DNA of 63,058 nucleotides, filler included, from Aduncisulcus paluster (lineage: Eukaryota): NCBI GenBank assembly GCA_024181965.1. It is 11 parts of 11 records of this genome, joined end to end, with 100 filler letters (N's around TTAATTAATTAA, not from the genome) between each part and the next. Parts side by side here need not be neighbours in the genome. Positions count along the whole stretch, not along the records: positions 11,453 to 16,540 come from BQXS01011403.1; positions 16,641 to 20,459 come from BQXS01011404.1; positions 20,560 to 32,913 come from BQXS01011405.1; 8 more parts are not named here. One strand, 5' to 3'. Both the position numbers and the translations under genes were made by a program. Below, in pieces: positions 13,441 to 23,900 of the stretch (position 1 is its first letter; each line of letters starts with the position of its first letter). Below the pieces are notes generated by a model. That model did not search any database. It was given only the letters and a program-made list of their open reading frames with translations, and was not told the origin of the DNA.

Positions 13441-15282
13441 TTCTTCCTCCTCTTCCGCAAAGAGTGCTGTAAAACATCATAACCAAGCTGACAAACAAGT
13501 TCTCCCAAGCCATAGTCCAGATGTGAGTGCAAGAAGAATTAAGAGTGCAAGAACATCTCTTAAACATCATGGTTTGGAACCTATCCAAATGTCTCCTCAT
13601 GCTCAATCTGCAAGGAAATCGTCGTCTTCTGCTTCTCCAAAGATCCATCGGACACCTCAAGCTTCTCCCATAAGTGCTCATATTCCTGTTGATCATATGT
13701 ATGATGATACGCTTCATCAGGTAGCTCCAATTGTCCTCGATGATCATATTCGGAGTGGAGGGGATAAAAATAGAGGGGATAAAAATAGAACTCCGCCTGA
13801 GGGGACCGTATCGATGGTCCCAACCAGCCACTCTGAATTTGGAACTCCGGGTAAAACTTTGACTGCATTAACTTCAGGAATTTCTCCTCACGAAAGTCCC
13901 AAACAAAACCCTTATCCAACTCTGCTTGAACAAAAGAAATCTATTACTGCCTCTACAGCTAGCAGCAGTGGAAGAAAGAAAGGTGGTTCAAAGGCTATAA
14001 TTGAGACAGTGGCAAATGATGATAGTGCACGTGAGTTGTATAAGTATAGAATAGAAGGACAAGACGAGGACAATGCAATGGGGTTTGAATCTATCAAGAG
14101 TTCAGAGAATATGAAAAAACCGGATAACGAGGAGGATAACGAAGAAGAGGAACAAGATGAAGCATCCGGGAAATGTCTGAGATGTTGTNNNNNNNNNNNN
14201 NNNNNNNNAGCAGCAGTGGAAGAAAGAAAGGTGGTTCAAAGGCTATAATTGAGACAGTGGCAAATGATGATAGTGCACGTGAGTTGTATAAGTATAGAAT
14301 AGAAGGACAAGACGAGGACAATGCAATGGGGTTTGAATCTATCAAGAGTTCAGAGAATATGAAAAAACCGGATAACGAGGAGGATAACGAAGAAGAGGAA
14401 CAAGATGAAGCATCCGGGAAATGTCTGAGATGTTGTCATATCTTGAAAGCAACTGATGCTCCTATGTGGATTTCCTTCATTGCTATGACATTTACTATTT
14501 TATTGTGCTTTTTCTTGGCTATTATAAGTCTTGTTCAGAGCAAATCAATTCTATTTTTATCACATGATATTGGTTCTCTGTCCGTTCTTGCTTCCGAGAG
14601 TATCGCAACTTCCACTGGAATTGTGCTTGCAGAAGTAGGTTCGCTTTCCCCCACACATGCATCCTTATCTCGTTCTTCTTTGTTGAGTTCACTTGAAACG
14701 ACTATTACAGATATTGCAGCCACTTATGAATCTGTGGTGGAAGGGAATGATATGCACAATGGAATTGTTGAGAAGTTTCCATTGTCAATGCCATTGATAT
14801 TCTCAGAGACCTGTCTTAATTTGGGCAATACAAGCTGTTCTGATGATGAAATGGAAACATTTCATGATGTCGTTGATGCCTATGTTCTTGATCTTACTGC
14901 TTTAGTGCAAGCGGAAGAAACTGAAGGACCTTTAACTGCCGATTTCGATAACTATATCACACTTAACTCAACAGGTTATGACAAATTTGTTGGTGGATTG
15001 GTGACTATTGATAACTTTTTGTACGATTCGATCGGTTCCAAGGCGAATATGTTTGTTATTGCTGCTTCTCTCATGTTTATTGGAGCTCTAGTATTACCTC
15101 TAATTCTCCTCTATGTGTCAAAGAAAGAAGTCAATTCAGCCATACAACAACGTGATCTTGTATTCACTACCTGGGAAATGGTGCCTGTAAATTCAATTCC
15201 CACCACTACTCAAGCTGGCCGGGACATTTGTCTTTTGGTTCTTTTCCTCAAGGGTGTTAACCAGAAGCTTCGAGATGTGTGA
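11453..15282 (+). CDS. Large multi-pass membrane protein, possibly TmcB-like; 5'-partial and split by a gap duplication
   Basis: Frame open from the scaffold start; four or more hydrophobic segments; Ser-rich loop. The segment FFTLLRHATPVVLRNYAMYVLCVCGDEDAY resembles the TPR-like motif of TmcB-type proteins (recollection). The two ORFs merge across the 14189-14208 gap. Confidence 0.8.
13961..14436. repeat. 228-bp direct duplication flanking a 20-N gap
   Basis: 13961-14188 matches 14209-14436. Confidence 0.9.
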
Positions 15283-15340
15283 TTTATTATTATTATTTTT
15301 ATTTTTATTATTTTAATATTCTTTTTTAATTATATTATTA

Positions 15341-15441
15341 TTTTTTTTTTTTTTTTTTAACGTTCCATTTTTATTAAACTTAATATATTTTTTATTCCAT
15401 TTCCAAAAAAAACAAAAAAAAAAAAAAAAAAAAAAAAAAAA
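15341..15441. repeat. T18 run followed by an A28 run (self-complementary homopolymers)
   Basis: T-run 15341-15358 and A-run 15414-15441, downstream of the stop at 15282. Confidence 0.75.
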
Positions 15442-16640
15442 CAATATAATCACTATTTTTATGTTGATCTGGAGAAAATAGCTGCAGTAACAATATATAT
15501 TCATTCTTTATCCTTTCTCTTCCATATTTGACATCAATTGTCTAACATAAAAGATATATATAACGGACCCATTATGTGGTAGTTATCAAGGAAAGGGTGA
15601 TTCTGGTCAATGGTCACATGATCGTCATTCACAGAAGGTCATGTCTCAGAAGGTGAATGTATTCATCAATTCAATACATTCAATAATGTAATAAATTAAT
15701 TAAATTAATTAATAGATGTTTTTTCTTTCTTTTTTCAAACATTCTATTTGTAATCATATTTTTATAAACGTAGCTGGCTTCAAGCCAAAGTTTGGCTTGA
15801 CGAACAAAGATCCTTGCAGACCATAGTTTACCCACAAGTTCGAGAATGTGAGAAGGCGAAATGACAAAGATTATTCATCTACCAGTAGTATATTGTTGCT
15901 GATTGGAATATGACGATTATGCTGTAACAGCATTGCTGTTTGCATCGAAAATGATCAAAAACTTGAATTGAACAGAAAGAAAAGACATTAGATAGCATAA
16001 ATAATAATAGTTAATGATTTTTTTTTAGATATAATATACCTATACACACTGTAAACATCAAATAGTTCAGTCCATGGAGAATCTCCATTGGAGATAAGAG
16101 CATATATAAGTAAAATATGAGGTTTAATGCAATATTATGAACTTGTAAATTCCAGACTATATCGTTTTGATTCAAATTCATTCTCAACTCGGCATTGGCA
16201 AGACCAAAAAGATCATTGATAACAAAAGCATCAAGGAGTCCGAATTCACGGATTCATTTGTTTTGAAAGGGTTTTATGAAACGGTTAAAACCATCTCAAA
16301 ACTTGGATAAGATTCATCAATAATACTCTTGTTGACAAAAACACGATCCTTAGTTTTCGTTCGAATCCTTCCCTGGGAACACATTGAAGTGCTCGTTGTC
16401 GGGATAAATATTGTATTGATCGATCAGAACCGTATGTATCTATTGTCGTATTATCCTCCTTGCCATTGTTAAGTTTTCTGCGATGGGATATCATGGAACT
16501 TGTTGATATTATTGTGATCTTATCGGCCCTAGTAAGTTTGNNNNNNNNNNNNNNNNNNNNNNNNNNNNNNNNNNNNNNNNNNNNTTAATTAATTAANNNN
16601 NNNNNNNNNNNNNNNNNNNNNNNNNNNNNNNNNNNNNNNN

Positions 16641-17924
16641 ATCACTCTTATCACTCTTATCACTCTTATCACTCTTCACAGAATCATTATGTGCAGAATC
16701 AGCACAAGCATGATCAGCAGACACAGCATCAAGAAGACGGGTCACTTCACGGATACTCGTGTGCATGGACACAGTGGGAGTAGAAGTGCAAGTGCAAGTT
16801 GATCCATGTTCACGATCACAATCACATGAAACACAACCATCCTGCAAGAAGCGCAACACACTCACCAACCCAAACATCGTGGCATCACAAGACAGGCCAC
16901 AGCGCCACAGAGAGCTTGGCACAGACGTCATCAGCGTGGAACTCATCGTTGACACATCACAACTCACATCAACATGCTCTCCAACAACAGACAGAACGCC
17001 TGCACGGTGGGAAACAGTGTGCTCATACATGCTCTGCACACGGCCACTCACTTCGGCAGTGCCGCCAGACACACGGGCAGACACGCAGGACAGTTCTCGT
17101 TGCACAGACGAAAGCTCTCGAGAAAGACGCAAACGGTCAGATTCAGATTTTTGTTGCACTTGTGAAAGAGTCGACAGCAGGGAATCGATCTGGGATTGTT
17201 TGGATTGAAGTTCTTTCTCGAAATCAGCTCTCTGTTTCTCAAACTCTTTTCTATCTTGAGCCCTAATCCTTTCAAAATCTTCTTTGTCATGTAATCTCTG
17301 TTTTTCAAGTTCTTCAAATCTCAGCTGAGTGGAAGAGATAAAATCACTCATTAAGTCTTTCATTTCGGCGCGTTTGAGTTCTTTGAGCTCTTTCCTTTCT
17401 TTTTCTTTCTTTGCTTCTTGCTCTTTCTCTTGCTTCTTGTCAATCACGAATCGAATGCCATACAAATGAATATTATTTTGTCCTCCATCCAATGACGATA
17501 TAACGTGAATATCACAAGAAATAACATTATCAAGATCTATAGGGAACTCTTGCCAGAAATAATGATCTGGAGGCATCTCTCCCATTTGATATTCTTTTGT
17601 AATCTTCTTGCCATCTGATGTTGTGAATGCGGCATTGAAATCTTTGATTCCATTCGGATAACTATGATGACTTACAACAAACTTACTGAGATAATGAGAT
17701 GTAATAAATGGGAGATGTAAGTTGGGATTGAAATAGATGAAACTTTCACCTCTTACGAATTGCAATAAACTAGAATGATTATGACCACTGTGATAATCCC
17801 CATATGCTTTGGATCCATCAATTTCAGATAGATCTGGATGGCCGACAGGGTAGGGGCCTTTGTACAGTTCGTCAGATTCCCAATCATATCCAATATCTTC
17901 AATACATTTGCCAATAATTCTCAT
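16641..17924 (-). CDS. Lineage-specific 'GPYPVGHPDLSEIDGSKAYGD' family protein with coiled coil, 3'-partial
   Basis: Paralogous to 49883-50449. The shared start MRI(I/V)GK places the ATG at 17924. A ~160-aa beta-rich domain is followed by a coiled coil and 9-bp SDK repeats at 16641-16676. Confidence 0.8.
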
Positions 17925-18002
17925 CACAAACAATAATAACACGCAAATATCGAAATTTAATTGAAATAAAAAAAGACAATAAACACCAGTAACTACCCCA
18001 GT

Positions 18003-18044
18003 TGCAAGGAAAAACACGATTTGTTGAATCTCGATCCAAAATCG
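18003..18044 (-). promoter_or_regulatory. Conserved upstream element shared with 50523-50582
   Basis: Plus strand tgcaaggaaaaacacgat..atctcgatccaaaatcg versus tgcaaggaaaacacgat..atctcga...atccaaaatcg; 79 and 74 nt upstream of the two paralogous ATGs. Confidence 0.5.
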
Positions 18045-18255
18045 TTGAATGAGCGTGCTTCTCACTTAATGGGGTGTCTCTTAACATTTGGAATACAATA
18101 CAAAATGTCTAAGGAATCAAATAATTAATTATATTTTTCCTTTATTCTCTTTCTTTCTATCCACACAGAATGGAACTTCCATTGTTCTTCAAGAACACAG
18201 TCCACAGGCAAACTTACCAACACCATACAAGAACAAGTCGTAGATGAGTATATAT

Positions 18256-19122
18256 TTAGATATCCAATGCAAGACACTCCCTTTCTCGCTGCTTTGCAGC
18301 CCATTTCATGGCTTTCTTAGCATATCTTCCATTCCTTATCTTCATGAAAGGAAGAGGAGCAAAATGACCAGGCAATAATTTAAATGTCTCCAGATCAACA
18401 CGGTTGGCCTCTTTTTCAATGTGTTCAAGAAAGTTAACAAAGCTCATTTTTGTCCAGAAAAGAGATCCTTCCCAAAACATTGGAGCAGCTCCTTTCATAA
18501 CAGCAGTGTCTCCAGAAATAGCATACGTGAGAACCTTCTTAATATAGACCATGAATACTGTTGATCCGGGTGAATGGCCAGGTGTATGAAGCACAGAAAT
18601 CGACAGGTTCGGTCCCAACTTAAATACGGATCCATTATCGAAATAATCATCAGCATCGATAATATCACGTCTAATCATCCACATACAGACATCTGACAGT
18701 TGCTTTGAGGCACGAGAACAGACTTTGGCACCTTTTTTATGCACGAGGAAGGGAACAGAAGGAAATGCGTCCTTCATGATACCAGTACCTTCAATATGAT
18801 CGAAATGGGCATGCGTAGCAAGAATATAAATTGGTTTAAATCCATTTGATTTAATTATTTCAATTGATGCCTGAATATGCTGGCCGCCACAATCAATAAC
18901 AACACATTGTTTGGTTTTTTTATCGGCAAGAACGTAACAGTTGGCCATTATCTTTCCAACTCTTTGTTGAGAAATAAAAACGGATTCATCATTTCTAATT
19001 ATTACAGGATCCCATTTTAAACAGGAACAAATCGAAAAGAAAAGAAAAACGAGGAAATGAATAAATATAATAAAAACAAGAATCGATCCGAGAACAATTA
19101 AGAATATAACCCACCAAAGCAT
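18256..19122 (-). CDS. Metallo-beta-lactamase-fold hydrolase (glyoxalase II/YcbL-like) with an N-terminal membrane anchor
   Basis: NCYVL..VVIDCGG, THAHFDH, HTPGHSPGS, SGDT, LLPGH; about 30 hydrophobic residues at the N-terminus. Confidence 0.9.
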   Translation of the reverse strand: MLWWVIFLIVLGSILVFIIFIHFLVFLFFSICSCLKWDPVIIRNDESVFISQQRVGKIMANCYVLADKKTKQCVVIDCGGQHIQASIEIIKSNGFKPIYILATHAHFDHIEGTGIMKDAFPSVPFLVHKKGAKVCSRASKQLSDVCMWMIRRDIIDADDYFDNGSVFKLGPNLSISVLHTPGHSPGSTVFMVYIKKVLTYAISGDTAVMKGAAPMFWEGSLFWTKMSFVNFLEHIEKEANRVDLETFKLLPGHFAPLPFMKIRNGRYAKKAMKWAAKQRERECLALDI

Positions 19123-19260
19123 TTAAAAAAATATAAAGAAATGAGAGAATGTGACAAAAAAGGCAAATTGAAAATATAACCTGGAAAAAATCTTAAAAAT
19201 AGAATAACAATCAAATAATTTTGAATAATACTGAAAAGTTATATTCATTATTCCAAACAA

Positions 19261-20459
19261 TTATAAAATATCTTCCTCAAGAGCTCTATATTTCATTTCT
19301 TCTCTCATCTGTTCAACAATGAGATCTATTTCTTCTCTAGTCGTATTTTGTTCAAGTTCTCCATCTAAAAGGGCCAAAATATCAAGAGCTGTTTCAAGTT
19401 TTCGACGTTTTCCTAGTTTTGTGGATCTTGAGAGCTCTCGTGAAGAATTCGATGAAGATTGAATCCCACTGGTTCCAAATGACTTCATATATGTCACTTT
19501 TCTGGTGTTATCCCTGCCCCCAAATGTGTATTTACCATCAAACAACGCTTGTCTATCACATCTGGCGAACTCATCAATAATTGATTCTTCTTCATCATCA
19601 TCAAAACCTTCAATCTTTTCACCACATTGAATCCATCTCCATTGTTTCATTTTCTCTAAAATATATGAATGGCCTCCTCTTCGCTCACGATCTTTCCGGC
19701 GTTCTTCATCAAGAGATTTTCCACTCCGCAAACTCCTTATTCCACCATTCTTGTTTCTCATCACAGAACTATTTTTGGATGAGCAACTCCTGTATATTGA
19801 TCCTTTATGATAGGAAGATCTTGAAGAGGAGATGTCGAAATATTCAGGTTCATCAACATCAGTATCATCATTTTCCACCAAAGCATCACTACCACCACTG
19901 AGTTCCTCGTAATCAGTCCCTCCACTTCTGTGCAGATCTTTCATAATCTCAGCTTGGTCACGATGGTCCTTCCCCACCACCGCTCTCTCCCTCTCTTCGA
20001 TGACACATATCTCACCTTCATCCGATAAAGGAAGGTGAGAAAGTACGATCACATCATCGAATAAACTCTCACATCCTTGCTCATACCCATACCAATACAC
20101 GACACACCCTTTCCCATTCTTCTCTGTGAAACGAGAGTACTGGCGAACATATTGCTTTCTATGGTATGAGATTGATCCGAATATGGCTTTGCTATCAATC
20201 CAGTTGACGAGATGGCCTTTTACGACAATCGGAACGTCAAGCAGGATATCTGGAACGCCTGTGACTCCACCACAGACATAGAGCATCTCTTCGGTAATAA
20301 AGTGTGTTTTATACTGAAGTAGCTGCTGTTGTAATATATACTCATACTCTGCACCGATCGAACACCCACTGCCACCCCAGAAAGAGGCTGAACCTAGCTG
20401 ACCACTGCAATCAATGGCAAAAGAACACGCATTGGAGGGAGGGGTGGGGAAAGTCATGC
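19261..20459 (-). CDS. CDIN1/C15orf41-like PD-(D/E)xK nuclease-fold (TPD domain) protein, 5'-partial
   Basis: PDILLDVPIVVKGHLVNWIDSKAIFG...QYSRF...GKGCVVYWYGY matches the C15orf41 pattern (TPD...WIESKASFG...GPGLVIYWYG). Confidence 0.8.
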
Positions 20460-20559
20460 NNNNNNNNNNNNNNNNNNNNNNNNNNNNNNNNNNNNNNNNN
20501 NNNTTAATTAATTAANNNNNNNNNNNNNNNNNNNNNNNNNNNNNNNNNNNNNNNNNNNN

Positions 20560-20718
20560 GTGAAGTTTCATAAACTCGATATACGATGCGGGAAGTCTAA
20601 AACCAAGCTGAGCTTCAGTTCGTTTTATAAGCTCATCAGAAAGGGAAATATCGCCAGAATCCTTCGATGACGGTTTCCAGAAGCCATCAAAACTAAAATC
20701 AGAAAAAAAGATTGCCAT
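20560..20718 (-). CDS. SMI1/KNR4 (SUKH) family protein, N-terminal fragment
   Basis: MAIFFSDFSFDGFWKPS...LSDELIKRTEAQLGFRLPASYIEFMKLH carries the E..LG..LP.SY..F signature; cut by the linker. Confidence 0.8.
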
Positions 20719-20961
20719 GGTATTGTTCCAATTGACACGAAAACAAGGAATTTTGTTGGTGCTGAAAAAACCAATTTGTGGAGGTGAGGAATCTGCACAC
20801 ACAAAATAATAAAGGGGGGGAAAAACATCTTGAAAAAAGAAGAACATGACACATGAGGAAGATGGAAAGGTGTTTATTATTGATATTTCTTGCGAATAAA
20901 AAATCAGAAGAATCCTAGTATAATATCTCACTGTTGAAGACAAATATTGGACATAAATCCA

Positions 20962-23900
20962 CTATTCGTCATATTGAATGTTCATCCACTCCATATGGAA
21001 GTCGCCATCGTCCTCGACGGCATTAAGACCATCATCAATGAGACCAACACTGCCATCTCTGCCAATACTACCGCCAAAACTACCGGTTCGGGCCGTAAAT
21101 GATCGGTCGAAGCTAAATATATCATCCTTGGTGGCGAGTTCGTCGGTTTCCTCGGGGACCCATTCATGGAGATCCAATCTTTTCCCATACAAAATGCACT
21201 GGTGGAAGAAGAGGGGTAGAACGACAGTGTGATCAACGTGAAGCAATGAAGGCGGTATATCAGTCTTTGGAATGGGCGGACACACAATCACAAGCCGGGT
21301 GGATGTCTTCATCATGCCGTCATCACCTTGCTTTCGACCAGCAGCGGTTGAGGAAGTATTATCAATTGGCGCATGTGTAAATTCCATTTCTTGTTCCATT
21401 TCATCCTCATTAATACACATTTTACCTCCACATCGCCACACACAAACACACAAACCGAGACGGCCGAGATCACTCATTTCATACCGCCTGCCACATGTAC
21501 TACCGGCCAGAGCCTGTCTTTCGTCGAACAACCGGGCACCACAATTGAGAAAGCATACACTCAAAGCTGGGAGAGCCGTACCATCGGTCGACGTCGGAGA
21601 TGCTCCAACGTGAGTAGAAGAAGAATCTCTGTGTTGTTCAGAGGATCCTGTTGTTGGCTTGCTCAATAAGACACTTGGTTCGTCTATCGTTGATCTGTGT
21701 AAGTGTGAAGAAAAAATATCAGAGAGACGTTGACTTGACGTGTGTGGAACAAACGGTGGAAGAGAAGGCATTAGATCTGCCACAATATTCTCCAATTCAA
21801 CGTGTACGTCGAGAGGAGTCGTTAGAGAAGAAGGAGAAGGAGAACGGCCTCCTAAGAATCCAGGAGTTGGGGCAGCACTTGATGACATAACCATTGTTGA
21901 TGTATCCCTTGCCCTCATCGACTGTATTTCCCCTTCTTTCTCTTTCGCAAACATCATTCTCATGCCTGCCAAAAGAACTTTAATATACTCCACGCAAACA
22001 CAAGCACATACACCCGAAGGTGGTTTATGTCTCACAGAGTGCTGGTGATGCGATGAAAGAAGACCCAACCGACGTCTACTCTCAAGTAATTTATGAGCTG
22101 GAATAAGATGTTCTTCATCACGCCACATGAAGGCCATCGGAGGACAGTAAGATGATAGAGATAATATTCCATGCCCATTTGATTGATCCACTGGCCTATC
22201 TGGATCATCAAAAATGAGTCTACGTCGCTTGCCCATCCATGAAGATCCAGCCGAGGGTCTTGATCGCAAACGACTTGCAGTTCTTGCGGAAGAGGCAATG
22301 ATATCTTCAGTGTCCTTCACACGAATGGTGACTCTATCGGTCTCTTTCTTCAGCTTTTCAATCATTCTTCTCCATTCAGGAATACATTTGAGCCATAGAT
22401 CATCACTGACACAGACAAGGAGTGTCTTTTGGGATGAGAGAGAATCCAAGGGGTTTTGAAGTGATGTCCTTGATGCAGGAATGGTTGAGGAGACTGGAGT
22501 CCCATAAGCTCCAAAAGCTGAGGATGTTTGACCACCTCCTTTACCACCTTGCCCAAAAGATGGACTTGAGTTGTTTGAAGAAGAAATACCATCAGAAAAC
22601 CTCAGAGGTGATGATTGTAGAGCTCTTCGAAGCCTTGATTGCATGACAGATCCAGATATTGATGTACTTGTCATCAAATCACTTTGAGTAACTCTAGATG
22701 CCAATAAAGCACCATTTCCTTCTCTTCCTTCTCTTCCCTCTCCTTCTCTTCCCTCTTCTCCTTCTTCTCCCTCTTCTTCTTCTTTCCTGGCTGTCAGTGC
22801 TCTATCTTCCTGTTCTCTGGCTTGATGTTGTTGTATACGCTGTATTGGTTTTACATCTTCCTCACAGTCTTTCACTTCTTCTCCCTCTTTCACTTGCTCT
22901 AACAGTTCCCAAAGAGCTTTTCTTCCACCTTCTCCCCATACGTGTTGATTGTGCGTGTAATTCTCTACTGTGGACACGAATGAAAGTAAGGAATCCACAC
23001 TCAGAGTGGAGAAAAAGGGGATAGAAAGAAGAGAAGAGTGGGGAATAGAGGTTGAGTTTGTAGGAACTTTTGAAGAAGAAGAAGAAGAAGAAGAAGAAGA
23101 TATATGAAAGAAATCTTTATATACTCCACCAATGCCAGATATTTCTCCACCATGTTTCTTGATAACATCACATAAAGTTATTGTCTGAGTCATGGGATAT
23201 CCCAGAAATATGAAAGCAAAAGATCTTAAAAGCAATGAAGAAGAACAGACTGACGCACACCCCTGTGGAGTCGTAGAGGGCACTGAAGTTGAGAAATCCG
23301 TTGAAGAAGGTGATGTATCAGAATGAATATGATTCTTGTGAGAATGAGATCTTTCAGAAGAAGAAGACACTGAAATTCCAGTATCTGACACAGAAACTTT
23401 ATCTCCTCCTCCTCCTCCTCCTTTTTCTCTCCCTCCTCTTCTTGCATGGTGTTGTTGAGAATGCCCAGAGTATTGACGGTTGATGTTGGACAATAGCTCT
23501 GTTGTACCTGGTGGAATGAATGATGGAGGATAAATAGGGGCTCTAATACTACTAGAGGAGGACTGATTAGTTGATTTGGGAGGTATATGGTCAGCCTGAG
23601 AAGGTTTGGATTTAGATTCATTAGATACTGAGAGTTTATCAATAACCAGCATTCCATTCACATCGAATATCTTACAATGCTGCAAATCTGACACTGTGGA
23701 TCTACCAGAAGAACTTGAGCAAGAATCGATGATACTTTGATAGAATATTTTGGGGAATGATGCCATTATTGAGGAATCAACGATAGGAACTGAATGATTG
23801 TGGCATGATTGGATAATCGGTTGGAAAAGACTATATAAACTATCGCAAAGAGTACTGGAAGAGGAAGAGGAAGAGGAACTCTTTGAGGAATCCTTTGAAC

